Counted from the first letter of the stretch, positions 28,652-39,505 are shown. The stretch is 64,000 nucleotides of DNA from Candidatus Moanibacter sp. (GCA_965215885.1 CBDCEW010000104.1:160001-224000); one strand, 5' to 3'. Notes: a model not told the origin generated them from the letters alone. Numbers and translations: made by a program.

Positions 28652-28921
28652 CTATTGCTCTGCCTCGTCGAGTTTGCGTTCGATCGCCTCTTTGAACCGG
28701 TAGAGGTTGCGGTCGGATTGCGTTTTTGAAATTCGGTAGTGGATGGCGAGGAAGAGGGTGAAGATCCACAAGAGCAGGAGGGCGTGATAGGGGAGAATTC
28801 GCTCGACCGGTGCGAAGAAATCGGGAGAGAGGAAATAGGGGAAGGCGGCAATGCCGAGGATAAAGATCGCGACTGCGATGGTGAAGATGATTCGGCGGTT
28901 GTCTTGTTCGGGCATAGTCAA
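28652..28921 (-). CDS. Small two-TM hypothetical membrane protein
   Basis: Two hydrophobic helices; directly downstream of the SDR gene. Confidence 0.6.
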   Translation of the reverse strand: MTMPEQDNRRIIFTIAVAIFILGIAAFPYFLSPDFFAPVERILPYHALLLLWIFTLFLAIHYRISKTQSDRNLYRFKEAIERKLDEAEQ

Positions 28922-28930
28922 TAATAGTGG

Positions 28931-29689
28931 TCAACCGGCGGTGAGCCCACCTTCGACGGGATAGAGGCTGCCGGTGACAAAGCTGGAGGCTTCGGAAGCG
29001 AGAAAGTAAACTACCTCGGCGACTTCCTCCGGTTGGCCCACGCGTTGCAAGGGGTAGCGTGCCGATTCCTCTTTCCAAAGTTCGTCGACATCGATGCCGA
29101 GCATCTCTGAAAATCGATCCACCGCGGCGACCGAGAGCGGAGTATGAATGGTTCCGGGGCAGACGGTGTTTACCCGAATATTGTGCTCGCCCAGATCGAG
29201 TGCGAGACTCTTTGTAATCTGGCCAATGGCCCCCTTGCTGGCGCCATAGGCCAGACTTATCGGCTTTCCAATAAGGGATTGGTCGGAGCCCATCAGCACA
29301 ATCGATCCGCCACCGTTTTCGACCAGTTTCGGGACGGCCTCCATGAGACTGAAGAGGGTGCCTTTAAGGTTAATGTTCATGACTTCGTCCCACTGTTCCT
29401 CAGTTATGTCGAGGATGGAATTGCTCCTGTGAATGCCGGCGCAGCTGAAGAGGATGTCGAGTTTGCCGAACTTCTCAACCGTCCTATCGACTCCATTCCT
29501 GATGTCTTCCCTCTTTGCCACATCTCCGGGCACAAAGAGGACCTTGTCAGCGCCTTGATCCTCCACGGCACTTTGACCTTGTGCGGTGTTATTGTCGAGG
29601 AAACCGACTTTAATTCCTTCGCGAACGAACTTGTCGACCGTCGCCCTGCCGATACCGGTGGCGCCGCCTGTAATGAATGCTACTTTCAT
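28931..29689 (-). CDS. SDR-family NAD(P)-dependent oxidoreductase
   Basis: TGGATGIG, YGASK, NTVCPG; ATG 29689 (ORF track starts at 29716). Confidence 0.93.
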   Translation of the reverse strand: MKVAFITGGATGIGRATVDKFVREGIKVGFLDNNTAQGQSAVEDQGADKVLFVPGDVAKREDIRNGVDRTVEKFGKLDILFSCAGIHRSNSILDITEEQWDEVMNINLKGTLFSLMEAVPKLVENGGGSIVLMGSDQSLIGKPISLAYGASKGAIGQITKSLALDLGEHNIRVNTVCPGTIHTPLSVAAVDRFSEMLGIDVDELWKEESARYPLQRVGQPEEVAEVVYFLASEASSFVTGSLYPVEGGLTAG

Positions 29690-30211
29690 ATTGAACCCTA
29701 AGATTGATGATACCAAAGATTACCCGACGCAGAAGAGCAGACAACCAAAATTGAATAGAGAGACCGTGGGACGGAAGAGGGGGTCACAGAGCGTCACAGA
29801 GAAGCATCCCGGCTCGCCGGGACACAGAGATGAATAAGGAAAGCAGGGAAAACAGCGGATTGATTGAAGAGGAAGTTCCCAACGGGTCCGACGAGGCTCA
29901 CTGCGGGCGAATGGAGAACATAGCTTCCAACATCGAAGACTGAATCCCGGCAAGCACCGTGGTATTGGGCGAAGCCCGCAGTGGGTAAAATGGCGTGTGA
30001 TTAATAATTAATTGGGGAACTGTCGAATTTGTGAATTGTTAATGAACGCTGGGATCGTCGACTGGAGATCACGATTGAGAGCCACGATGGGAGAGTGGGA
30101 ACGGGTATGATTGATACTCGGCGCTCCTTTGTGCACCTCTATGAGTCGATTTAGTTTTGAATGGACCATCTGTGGCCAGCTCGTTTCTCAGATAATCAGA
30201 CCAGACTATTG

Positions 30212-31854
30212 ATGGAGATTCAGAGGATTCTTCTCACCGCGATAGTAGCGCTCTTGCACTGGCCCGCGCTTGGGGAGCAGTTTCCCATTATCATTGACGG
30301 TCTCTTCAATGATTGGGAAGGGGTGCCGACGGCCTACGAGGACTCAGCTGATGAGGGAGGGAGCGGCGTCGATTTTCGACGTCTCTGGATCGCCGATGAT
30401 GATCGCTTCCTGTTTCTTCGTGTGGAATTTGGAGACGAAATCGACGCGAGCGAAAACAACCAGGTACGCCTCTGCTTATCATAAATGTTCACCCTCCCTC
30501 CGGTTCAAATGATACGGGGCGCCAGTTTGAGATCGATGAGATAATGGCTTTCATGCGGGATGCTCAGAATCCGGGCGGTGGGCTCGATCTGGAGCGGAAT
30601 ACGCCCATGGTAATCACGGGCGACATGAACCTTGTGGGGCGATCTCAGCAGCTCACTTCGCTTCTTACGGGTGACATCGTCAATGAGGTGAGTTTCGGGG
30701 CTGATTTTCCCCCGGATTGGGATGGAACCGCATTCACGGATCTCATTTCCCGGCATACCGATCAACGGATGGGTTATACGTGGAGGAGTGACAGCGAGGC
30801 GAATTTCTGGCCCGGACACCTCGATTACTTCATCTATTCGGATAGTGTTCTTCGCGCTGCGAGCCATTTCATACTATATACTCCGGCGATGTCCGTAGGG
30901 CGTTTGTCAAACTACGGGCTCCAAAGTGGCGATTCTCAGGCTTCGGATCACTTTCTCATTGCAGCCGATTTTCGAGCCGCCAAGGCGGATCTGGTCGTTG
31001 CGGGAGTGGCCGAGCTGGTAGACAACGGTACGTCCTTTATGGGAAATACCTACAATGGCTTCGAACTGAGCGGGCAAAGCGCCACCTTCTCTTCAATCGC
31101 CGGTGAGATCACGCGAATTTCGTTTCTCGATCCAGGGGGTGACCTGGTGTTTGCGGAGTTTGGAAGCGATGAAGCGGCGACTACTTTGACGATAATTCTG
31201 GAGGCCTTTCAAACCGCGGTGCCATCTCCCTACAATCAGCCGACTACGAATTATGTGCAGGGTCTAGCCTCGTTTGTGATCGAGAACGCGACGGCGGGAT
31301 CATTCCTATCCCTATTTACGTTGGGCAACGATCCGACGCGTATTGATTTAGCGCTGATTAGAGATGATACATTTTCCGATGGAGTGGATGGGATAGCGGA
31401 TATCCGATCGATCACTGTGAACGCTTTGGATGGAGGCGGGGGCAGTATCGGGGGCATCAATGCGGCGAACGCGAATTTTGCGGCAGATTCGGGAGTGATC
31501 GGGATCGAAGCGGAGGATATTTCAGTGCGGCGCTTCCTTTTTGTGGGGGATTTGACGCCGTCGGGCTCGGCGCAACCCAGGCTCAGTATAAGTGGTGACT
31601 CGCCTCTGATGGAGGTCCTTATTTCGGGAGGCGATCTGGCGGAGGCGACGGGCGACTTCCAAATCGACACTAACGGAGTGGTCTACCCCTTCGACATTAC
31701 AGCCACCACCGGACAGCGTTCGATCAGCGACAGCACTCTAAGGCCGGATCTTGGCGACGGGTCGCTGGCGCCAGTCACCGATACCTTTGCGGCGGATCCG
31801 GATGCGTATTTTGTGACGGATGGGCAGAGGGGAAGAGTATCCAGTCACCAGTGA
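30212..31854 (+). pseudogene. Secreted endonuclease/exonuclease/phosphatase (EEP)-family protein with internal deletion and shared ~288-aa C-terminal domain
   Basis: Signal peptide plus IIIDGLFNDW fragment (to 30484) joined out of frame to LLIINVHPP...ITGDMN...YTW...HLDY...SDH (EEP C-half); the N-half of the EEP domain is absent. Confidence 0.75.
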
Positions 31855-32329
31855 GTAGTGGTCGGTGGAAAAGTTGCAGAGTTTAAGAGAAGAGAGATGG
31901 CCACAAAAGAACGCAAAGAACACAAAGGGAGTCCCGGCCTGCCGGGAGGGAAAGGGACAAAGAGATGCCTAGCGTAGCCGCAACTACTTCGTTTCATGGA
32001 ATTTGTAGCGGAAATCGGGAGATTTTCGGAGAAGTGAATGAGAGAATGGAAATGGTGAAATCAAGGATGAAGGGGTTCAGGGTTCCCGTTTTCGTCCTTC
32101 GGGCACTTCCGAAGTAGGCAGAGTACAGATTACAGTTCCGGAAAGTCGGGATAAGAAGGGCATTCCCACGGGTGCAGTAGCAAAACCACTGTTCCCTGCG
32201 GTGATCGATCGATGAAGGAGGAAAGCCAAACCGAGGCATTAGTCGATGAAGAGAGCGATGGTCACTGGTAGGCACAGTGGTATTGGGCGAAGCCCGCAGT
32301 GGGTAAAATGGCATGTGATTAATAATTAA

Positions 32330-33812
32330 GCCTCGTCAGCAGAATCTGTGGGTTATTTCGGGTTCAGGCAAGTCGCCCATGGTATGAAATAGGGCGATCT
32401 TAAGCACTTCGAAGCTCTTAAAGCCGTATGCTTTTCTGATAGTGAGATTTATATTGCGGTTAAAGCCCTCCACAATGCCGCAGGAAAAGGCCTTTTTGGC
32501 CCGAAACCAGTTGAGGATGAGCGGCTCGTGTTTGCGCACCGAGCGCACGAACCTTTTGATCGGTTTGAGGCGCGAACGCATGGCGCGCGTGCACCATTTT
32601 TTCAGATACCATTGGGCCCAGTAGGGACTTTTATAATGCCACAAGAGCTGAAAGCTCTCCTTTAGTAGATAGGCCCGCACGCTCTTCAGATCGTATTGGA
32701 GCACCTCCTTGAGGCGGATCTGTTGGGTGGGGGTGAGATTTTGCGGATTTTTCAAGAAACAGTATTTGCTTTTGACCAGCACGTTGATGTAGCCGTCCCG
32801 TTGCAATCGCCTGGCTTCCGCAGCACGAATCTCATTGAGGGCCTTGTTCAGGTTGGCTACCAAGTGGAAGCGATCGAGGATGTGCAGCGCCTGGGGTGCC
32901 TTTTTCTTGATCACTTTGAGGTAAGGCTTCCACAGATCCGAGCAGACGTAGAGGATCTGGCTGCTCTTTTGCGCTCCCAATTCCCAGAAAAAACGCAAGA
33001 GCGATTTTACGTTGCGCTTATTGAATACGCCCAATAGCCGCCGCCGCCCCTCGTCAAGCTGGTAGACCACGGTGAGATAGTGATGGCCTCGATGATACTG
33101 CACCTCATCGACTCCGATCGCCTCAATCCCGCTCATATCGCGCCGTTTGAGCCCCCAACGCACCATCGCCTCGACCGACTCGAAGACGTTGCGCCAGTTC
33201 GTGCGAAAAACCCTTGCCGTCTCTTCCCAGCTCAAGCGCCTCGCCCACTGGGCCAGAAACCATTGCATTGGCCAACTCAGATGACTCTTGCCCTTGGCCC
33301 AGGGCACCTCTTCGACCTTCACCCCGCACCGCCGGCAATTGACCCGCCGCATGCGGTAACGAAAATACACCTTCATCCCCCACAAGGGCACAAATTCAAA
33401 ATGCCTCGCCTCGCTCATGTGGTCGTAGCCGCTGGCCGTCCGGCCACACCCCGAACAGCACACCCGACTATTCTTGCGCGGCTCAATCTGCACCACAATC
33501 GCCTCCTCCGATTTCACCATTTCCATACTCGCCTTTGCGTAAACAAAGCTCTTGAGCCAATAGCACCGATTCAGTAGCGTTTTGATGAGCACTGGGTCCT
33601 CCGTGTTCAGGATGTATTTTCGGTACTACTTTCATCCTCGGAACGGCCCGGTGCTTCAACCTTTCAATCCCATATGCAAAGAAAACACCGACCAGCCCCT
33701 CCGGCTGTGGAGGAGCGGGATTCAGGGCAGCGCCCTGACTTCTCCTTGTGCTCACCGACTCTATTTCCTCTTGTAAGCGACGTTACCCACCCACAGATTC
33801 TGCTGTAGACCC
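32330..33812 (-). mobile_element. ISL3-family element, copy 2, with TAATTAA target duplication
   Basis: Flanks ATAATTAA / TTAATTAA; empty-site paralog near 30000-30015. Confidence 0.95.
32336..33592 (-). CDS. ISL3 transposase
   Basis: Protein identical to 21883-23139. Confidence 0.95.
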   Translation of the reverse strand: MLIKTLLNRCYWLKSFVYAKASMEMVKSEEAIVVQIEPRKNSRVCCSGCGRTASGYDHMSEARHFEFVPLWGMKVYFRYRMRRVNCRRCGVKVEEVPWAKGKSHLSWPMQWFLAQWARRLSWEETARVFRTNWRNVFESVEAMVRWGLKRRDMSGIEAIGVDEVQYHRGHHYLTVVYQLDEGRRRLLGVFNKRNVKSLLRFFWELGAQKSSQILYVCSDLWKPYLKVIKKKAPQALHILDRFHLVANLNKALNEIRAAEARRLQRDGYINVLVKSKYCFLKNPQNLTPTQQIRLKEVLQYDLKSVRAYLLKESFQLLWHYKSPYWAQWYLKKWCTRAMRSRLKPIKRFVRSVRKHEPLILNWFRAKKAFSCGIVEGFNRNINLTIRKAYGFKSFEVLKIALFHTMGDLPEPEITHRFC

Positions 33813-33895
33813 TTAATTAATTGGTGAACTGTTGAATTTGTGAATTGTTAATGAACGATGGATCCGTCTTCGCTCCACTCTTCGCCGCGGCAGGC

Positions 33896-34078
33896 AGAAT
33901 ACAGGTGGCAGCGGATAAAAGAGGGCAACAGATTACTGCGGAAACGGCAATTGCTCTTGCGGCATTTTTTCGCGTTGAACCTGAGTTCTGGGCAAACCTG
34001 CAGACTGAATACGATCTACGCAGGGAAGAGATTAATCATGGTGCAGAACACCGTCAACGGGTCACGCCTTTGCCGTAG
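33896..34078 (+). pseudogene. higA: HigA-family antitoxin C-terminal fragment
   Basis: ITAETAIALAAFFRVEPEFWANLQTEYDL; N-terminal HTH part and toxin partner missing. Confidence 0.7.
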
Positions 34079-34229
34079 ACCCCTAAATCGGCTGTAATTA
34101 TCAGATCAGGCGTTTCGAGCCTCGTCCCCGCCTTCTTGCGAAGCCGGCTACATCGTCCGTTTTCGGGCGAAACGGGCTAAAAAGAGCGTACACTCTGCAG
34201 AGGAATACGGGAACAGTGGGAAGTTTACT

Positions 34230-34665
34230 CGCAGGTCGTAGTCGTAATCGTCGTCGATGGTCGGTTAGCGGTTTTCGACTTTCGACTACGATTATGACTA
34301 CGACAGAAGATCGCACAGGATTACACTCTTCCATCGTGACTCTCAATCGTGATTTCCAGTCGAGTTTCGACTACGATTACGACTACGAATTTCGATTGTT
34401 GCCCCACCGTGTTTACGAACGGTTCAAATTCCACTCGAATGTCGTAGTCATAATCGTAGTCGTTGGTCGGAAGTTTGGGCAGTACAGAACCGGCAGTTTT
34501 CTGATCCGGTTCAAATTCCACTCGAATGTCGTAGTCATAATCGTAGTCGTTGGTCGGAAGTTTGGGCAGTGCCCCCGTCGTTGCCGACGCGGCTACCAGA
34601 ATTGCTCTTTGTCGTAAGCCTCGTCGTAAACTTTGTCGAATTCCCGAACACTCTCATCGTGACTC
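34230..34665. repeat. Low-complexity 6-nt-period inverted repeat cluster (CGACTA/CGATTA) including a perfect 64-bp direct repeat
   Basis: GTCGTAGTCGTAATCGTCG versus CGACTACGATTACGACTACG; 34420-34483 equals 34507-34570. Confidence 0.75.
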
Positions 34666-34734
34666 CTAACCCGCGTATTCTATTTGTGCTGTTTGCGGAA
34701 TAGGATATATTCCTGGCCTTCTCATTCCTAAAGT

Positions 34735-36783
34735 ATGGCGAATCGTTTACTTGCACCATTGCTCTTCGGGCTTGCGTTTTTCCTTGTCCACTTCCTCTCG
34801 GGGCAGGAGGAAGGGCCGGATTTGCGATTTCTTGAGGTGGCGGAGGGGTTGGAGAGGCCGGTCGATATTCAGGATCCACAGGACGGTTCCAACCGGCTAT
34901 TCATTGTTGAACAGGCGGGCCGCATACAGATCATCAAAGAGGGCGCCGTCCTTCCCGAACCCTTTCTCGATATCGCGGACCGTGTTCGCGATGCATTTAA
35001 TGAGGAAGGGCTCCTCGGGTTGGCCTTTTCGCCTAATTTCCCCGCCGACGGTATTTTCTATGTCAATTATACTAACGGCGCCACGAGTAATAGCCGAAGG
35101 ACGCGAATTTCGCGTTTTTCCGTGGACGCGAACGACCCCGACCTGGCCGATCCGGATTCGGAAGACATCATATTTACGGAAAGCCAGCCTTTCGCAAACC
35201 ACAATGCCGGGCAACTGCAATTTGGGCCGGATGGATTCCTGTATATAGGGTTGGGAGACGGTGGCAGTGCAAACGATCCGGGAAACAGGGCCCAGAATCC
35301 GCAACAGTTTCTCGGAAAGATGCTGCGTGTGGATGTTTCGGGCGACGATTTTGCGAGTGATTTGGAACGCGACTATTCCATACCGGACTCCAATCCCTTC
35401 GTGGGAAATGCGGGGACTCTGGATGAGATCTGGGCCTTGGGTCTACGCAACCCATGGAGATACTCTTTTGACCGTTTGACCGGTGACTTCTATATCGCCG
35501 ATGTGGGGCAGGATACCTGGGAGGAAATCGATTTTCAGCCTGCGGATAGTGGCGGCGGTGAGAACTACGGATGGCGCGTTAGAGAGGGAGCGAACAATTT
35601 CATCGTTCCAGGAGGGGGGGTGCCCGTTGGTTTGAGTGATCCGGTATTCGAATATCGTCACAGCAACGGAAATTTATCAGTGACAGGAGGCTACGTCTAT
35701 CGCGGCGCCAACTACCCGCGCATGGATGGGCTCTATCTTTACGGAGACTTTGGCTCCGGTCGAATCTGGGGGCTGAGGCGCGACGGCCAGAATGAATGGG
35801 TCAACCAGGAACTCGTGAATACAAGCTTCGGAATCTCCAGCTTTGGCGAGGACGAAGCGGGAGATCTCTATGTGGCGGACCTCTTCTCGGGTCGGATTTT
35901 CCTTCTTACGGATTTAGGCCTGCTCGTAGGTGGTGCGGCCAAACTGGTAAACACCGGCACGCTTTTTATGGAGAACTTTTATAATGGTTATGAACTCCTG
36001 GAGAGTTCCGGCTCCTTCTCCTCGATCGCGGGTGAGATCACCCGTATCTCGTTTCTCGATCTCGGGGGCGACCTGGTGTTTGCGGAATTTGGGAGCGAGG
36101 ATCCGGATACCATCCTGACGATAGTGCTGGAAGACTTTCAGGGATCCCAGGCGTCGCCCTACAATCAACCGACCACGACCTATGTGCAGGGACTTGCTTC
36201 GTTTATGATCGAGAATGCCACCGCCGGGACATTCTTTTCCGTGTTTACACTGGGCAACGATCCGACGCGTGTCGATTTGACCCTGATCAATAGCGAGACA
36301 TTCGCAGGTGAAGTAGACGGGATAGCGGATATACGATCGATAACGGTGAACGCCGCGGGAGAAGGTGGGGGCAGTATTGGGGGTATCAATGCTGCCGATG
36401 CCAATTTTGCGGCGGATTCGGGGGTGATCGGAATCGAAGCGGAGGATATTTCGGTGCGGCAGTTCCTTTTCGTTGGGGACATTACACCTTTTGGCTCGGC
36501 GCAGCCGAGGCTCAGGATAAGTGGTGACTCGCCGTTGATGGAGGTCCTTATCACAGGAGGGGATTTGGCGGAGGCGACGGGCAACTTCCAGATCGACACC
36601 AACGGAGTGGTCTACCCCTTCGACATTACGGCGACGACCGGACAGCGTTCGATCAGCGACAGCAATCTGAGGCCGGATCTTGGCGACGGAATTCGGGCGC
36701 CGGTTGCCGATACCTTTGCGGCGGATGCGGATGCGTATTTTGCAACCGATGGGCAGAGAGGGAGAGTGGAAAGTGACGAGTGA
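34735..36783 (+). CDS. Secreted PQQ-dependent sugar dehydrogenase (glucose/sorbosone type) plus shared ~288-aa C-terminal domain
   Basis: Signal peptide; EEGLLGLAF, NHNAGQLQFGPDG, GDGG, GLRNPWR, ADVGQ, NYGW, SVTGG, ISSFGED. Confidence 0.92.
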   Translation: MANRLLAPLLFGLAFFLVHFLSGQEEGPDLRFLEVAEGLERPVDIQDPQDGSNRLFIVEQAGRIQIIKEGAVLPEPFLDIADRVRDAFNEEGLLGLAFSPNFPADGIFYVNYTNGATSNSRRTRISRFSVDANDPDLADPDSEDIIFTESQPFANHNAGQLQFGPDGFLYIGLGDGGSANDPGNRAQNPQQFLGKMLRVDVSGDDFASDLERDYSIPDSNPFVGNAGTLDEIWALGLRNPWRYSFDRLTGDFYIADVGQDTWEEIDFQPADSGGGENYGWRVREGANNFIVPGGGVPVGLSDPVFEYRHSNGNLSVTGGYVYRGANYPRMDGLYLYGDFGSGRIWGLRRDGQNEWVNQELVNTSFGISSFGEDEAGDLYVADLFSGRIFLLTDLGLLVGGAAKLVNTGTLFMENFYNGYELLESSGSFSSIAGEITRISFLDLGGDLVFAEFGSEDPDTILTIVLEDFQGSQASPYNQPTTTYVQGLASFMIENATAGTFFSVFTLGNDPTRVDLTLINSETFAGEVDGIADIRSITVNAAGEGGGSIGGINAADANFAADSGVIGIEAEDISVRQFLFVGDITPFGSAQPRLRISGDSPLMEVLITGGDLAEATGNFQIDTNGVVYPFDITATTGQRSISDSNLRPDLGDGIRAPVADTFAADADAYFATDGQRGRVESDE

Positions 36784-36950
36784 GCGGTAAAGAGAATTGA
36801 ACAGAAGGAAACAGAGAAAATAGAGAGAATGAGGAAAGAATTCTCACGCAACGGTCTTCGACCCGCAAGCGTCACTACGCCCTGTCGAGAAGCCGGAAAG
36901 AACGCAAAGGGAGCAGCTCTGCCGTACGGCAGAGAGGTACCACAGAGATG

Positions 36951-37288
36951 CAGAGCCGCAACCAAAAATGGAAAATAGAACCGCAAATGGACGCAAATGA
37001 ACGCGAATTAAGAGGAAAGCACCACGGATTCGAGAAAACCGAAGATTCGATGAAGAGGGATTCCCAACGGTTCGACAGGCTCGCACCGAACTCATAAACA
37101 GTGAGGAGATTCTTGATCGAATCGAGAAGGTAACTCGGAATACCCTGGTAACCTTGCATGCCTCGGCAAAGCAGAGCGACGACGGGTCCCGAACCTTTGT
37201 CGCGAACCTTGTCGACCCCACAACTTTGAATACCAATATGTTACACTCCAAAACGTGTTCAAACCTAAGTTTTGACGGATTGTAATAC
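36951..37288 (+). repeat. Composite intergenic repeat, paralog of 26941-27306
   Basis: Direct alignment. Confidence 0.85.
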
Positions 37289-37572
37289 GGAGGAGACACA
37301 GCCAAAAGTGAGGAGGGGGAGAAACGGAGACGGGGAGACGCAAGCGAACCTTTGTCGTATGCTTCGTCGTCAACTTAGTCGCCCGATTCGGTCATTCAGT
37401 CGATGAAGCTTACGATAAAGCTTGCGACGAAGTTTGGAGAAGGTTTACACGCCGTAAGGAATCCTTTGTCGTCAACTTCGTCGCGAGCTTTGTCGCTGTT
37501 TATCGGCTGATATCTCGAGTAAGTTTACGATAAAGCTTACGATGAAGTAGAGAAGAGATGGGTCCCCCGGAA

Positions 37573-38766
37573 ATGAAGGCGGTATTGATTGTTATTGATA
37601 GTTTCGGAATCGGGTACCTGCCGGACGCCGGGGACTATGGCGACGTGGGCGCGAATACAGCTCTTCATCTTTGTGAAAGCATCGAGGATGTAAACCTGCC
37701 GAACCTGATGCAGCTCGGGTTGGGTAATTGTTCAGAACTCTTGAAAAACCCTCTGCCGGGCATGCCAGCGGCAAAGAAACCTCTGGCTGACTTCGGTGTG
37801 ATGAAGGAGCTTTCTCCGGGGAAGGATACAATGACCGGCCATTGGGAACTGGGCGGCATAATTCTGGACAAACCATTCCCGACTTTTCCGAGGGAGGCGC
37901 CTTCGTTTCCCGACGAGATTATCGAGCCGTTTTGTCGAGCGATTGGAACTGATATTCTCGGAAATGAAGCGGCCTCCGGCACGGAGATAATAAAACGGCT
38001 GGGAGAAGAGCATATACGAACGGGTAAACCGATCGTCTATACATCGGCCGATTCCGTTTTTCAATTGGCGGCCCATGAATCAGTCATACCGGTGGACCGG
38101 AACTATGAAATGTGCCGGATTGCGCGCAGGATCTGTGATCCGTTTCGAGTCGGTCGGGTTATCGCGCGGCCTTTCGTTGGGGAAGAGGGAAAATTTACCC
38201 GCACTGATCGGCGCAAGGATTTCAGCATAGCACTACCTGAGTCGACGATTCTGGACCACCTGCAGGAAAACGAAATTAAGACGATAGCGGTGGGTAAGAT
38301 TGGGAATATCTTCAAAGAGCAGGGAATCGCGGAGAGTCACGCCGATAAAGGTAACACGAAATGTATTGAGCGCATCCTGAAAGTGCTCGAAAAAGAAAGG
38401 GATGAGAGATTTTTCATGTTCGTGAATCTGGTCGATACGGATATGATTTACGGGCACCGGAGGGACGTTTCGGGCTACTATAGCGCTCTCACGGAAATCG
38501 ATGCGGCATTGTCCAACATGATCGACCTTTTGAATGATGGCGATCTTCTCACGATCAGCGCGGATCACGGCTGTGATCCCACCTTTCGAGGGAATGACCA
38601 CACACGTGAGTATGTTCCACTTCTTGCCTACCGCAAAGGCCTCTTTGGTAAGTCCGTAGGAATAAGAGATTCTTTTGCCGATGCTGCGCAAAGCGTGGCC
38701 GGTTACTTCGGTATTCCGGCGATAAAGAATGGGAGGAGTTTCTGGGGATGTGGAGAAGAGGATTGA
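37573..38766 (+). CDS. deoB: Phosphopentomutase
   Basis: DSFGIG, GKDTMTGHWE, YTSADSVFQ, RVIARPF, YGHRRD, ADHGCDP, HTREYVP. Confidence 0.97.
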   Translation: MKAVLIVIDSFGIGYLPDAGDYGDVGANTALHLCESIEDVNLPNLMQLGLGNCSELLKNPLPGMPAAKKPLADFGVMKELSPGKDTMTGHWELGGIILDKPFPTFPREAPSFPDEIIEPFCRAIGTDILGNEAASGTEIIKRLGEEHIRTGKPIVYTSADSVFQLAAHESVIPVDRNYEMCRIARRICDPFRVGRVIARPFVGEEGKFTRTDRRKDFSIALPESTILDHLQENEIKTIAVGKIGNIFKEQGIAESHADKGNTKCIERILKVLEKERDERFFMFVNLVDTDMIYGHRRDVSGYYSALTEIDAALSNMIDLLNDGDLLTISADHGCDPTFRGNDHTREYVPLLAYRKGLFGKSVGIRDSFADAAQSVAGYFGIPAIKNGRSFWGCGEED

Positions 38767-39119
38767 ACAGAAGGAAACAAAGAGAACGGAGAGGGAAAGA
38801 GAGGAACCGCGAATGAACGCGAATGGACGCGAATTTGGGAGAAAGAGCCCGCGGATTCGAGGACACCGCGGAATTGTTCAAGAGGGATTTCTCAACGGAT
38901 TCGAGAATACAACGGTGTCCAGTCCTGATTAAAAGTGGACACGAGTTTAATCGGTTTCGGGAGAATCTTCGTCGTAAGCCTCGTCGTCAGCTTTGTCGAA
39001 ACATCGAACGTCGAAATCAGCACTTTCCTCCTTCGTTCCCGCTCCTGACCACTGAGGACTGGGCGGTGTTCGATTTTCGAAGCCGGATTAGGAGCACAAT
39101 GCCAGAAGGACATCCTAGT

Positions 39120-39200
39120 GTAGCCGCGGCCGCTAAGGACGCGGTCGATTGGAACATAGTCGCTGGTCCTTCCGTCCGCGTCCTTAGCGGCCGCGGCTAC
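39120..39200. repeat. GTAG-type REP doublet (REPIN-like)
   Basis: Perfect 25-bp IR GTAGCCGCGGCCGCTAAGGACGCGG / CCGCGTCCTTAGCGGCCGCGGCTAC. Confidence 0.8.
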
Positions 39201-39505
39201 GCAACGTCCAACATCGAACGTCCAAGACCTTCCTCCTTCGTTCCCGCTTCGCTCCTGATTTCGGAGGACGGGTCGGTGTTCGAAGTTTCCCGACAAGCCG
39301 GCGCAAAGGGGGAGAGGAAGACCCGACCCTTCCGTTCGGCAGGGTAACCAGTAACCAGTGTCCAGTATCCAGCGCCCAGTAGGCTTCGTGTTTCATCAAT
39401 CGACTTTTTGAGATTGTTTCGAAATTCGAAATTCGGTATTCGGATCTTCCATGACACCATTATTCCACCTTCTACACACATGAGAATTCCTGACTGCTTC
39501 CGACA

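Noticed and set aside
31994..32314. 106-aa minus-strand ORF
   Set aside because: No recognizable motif; it starts inside a repeated leader
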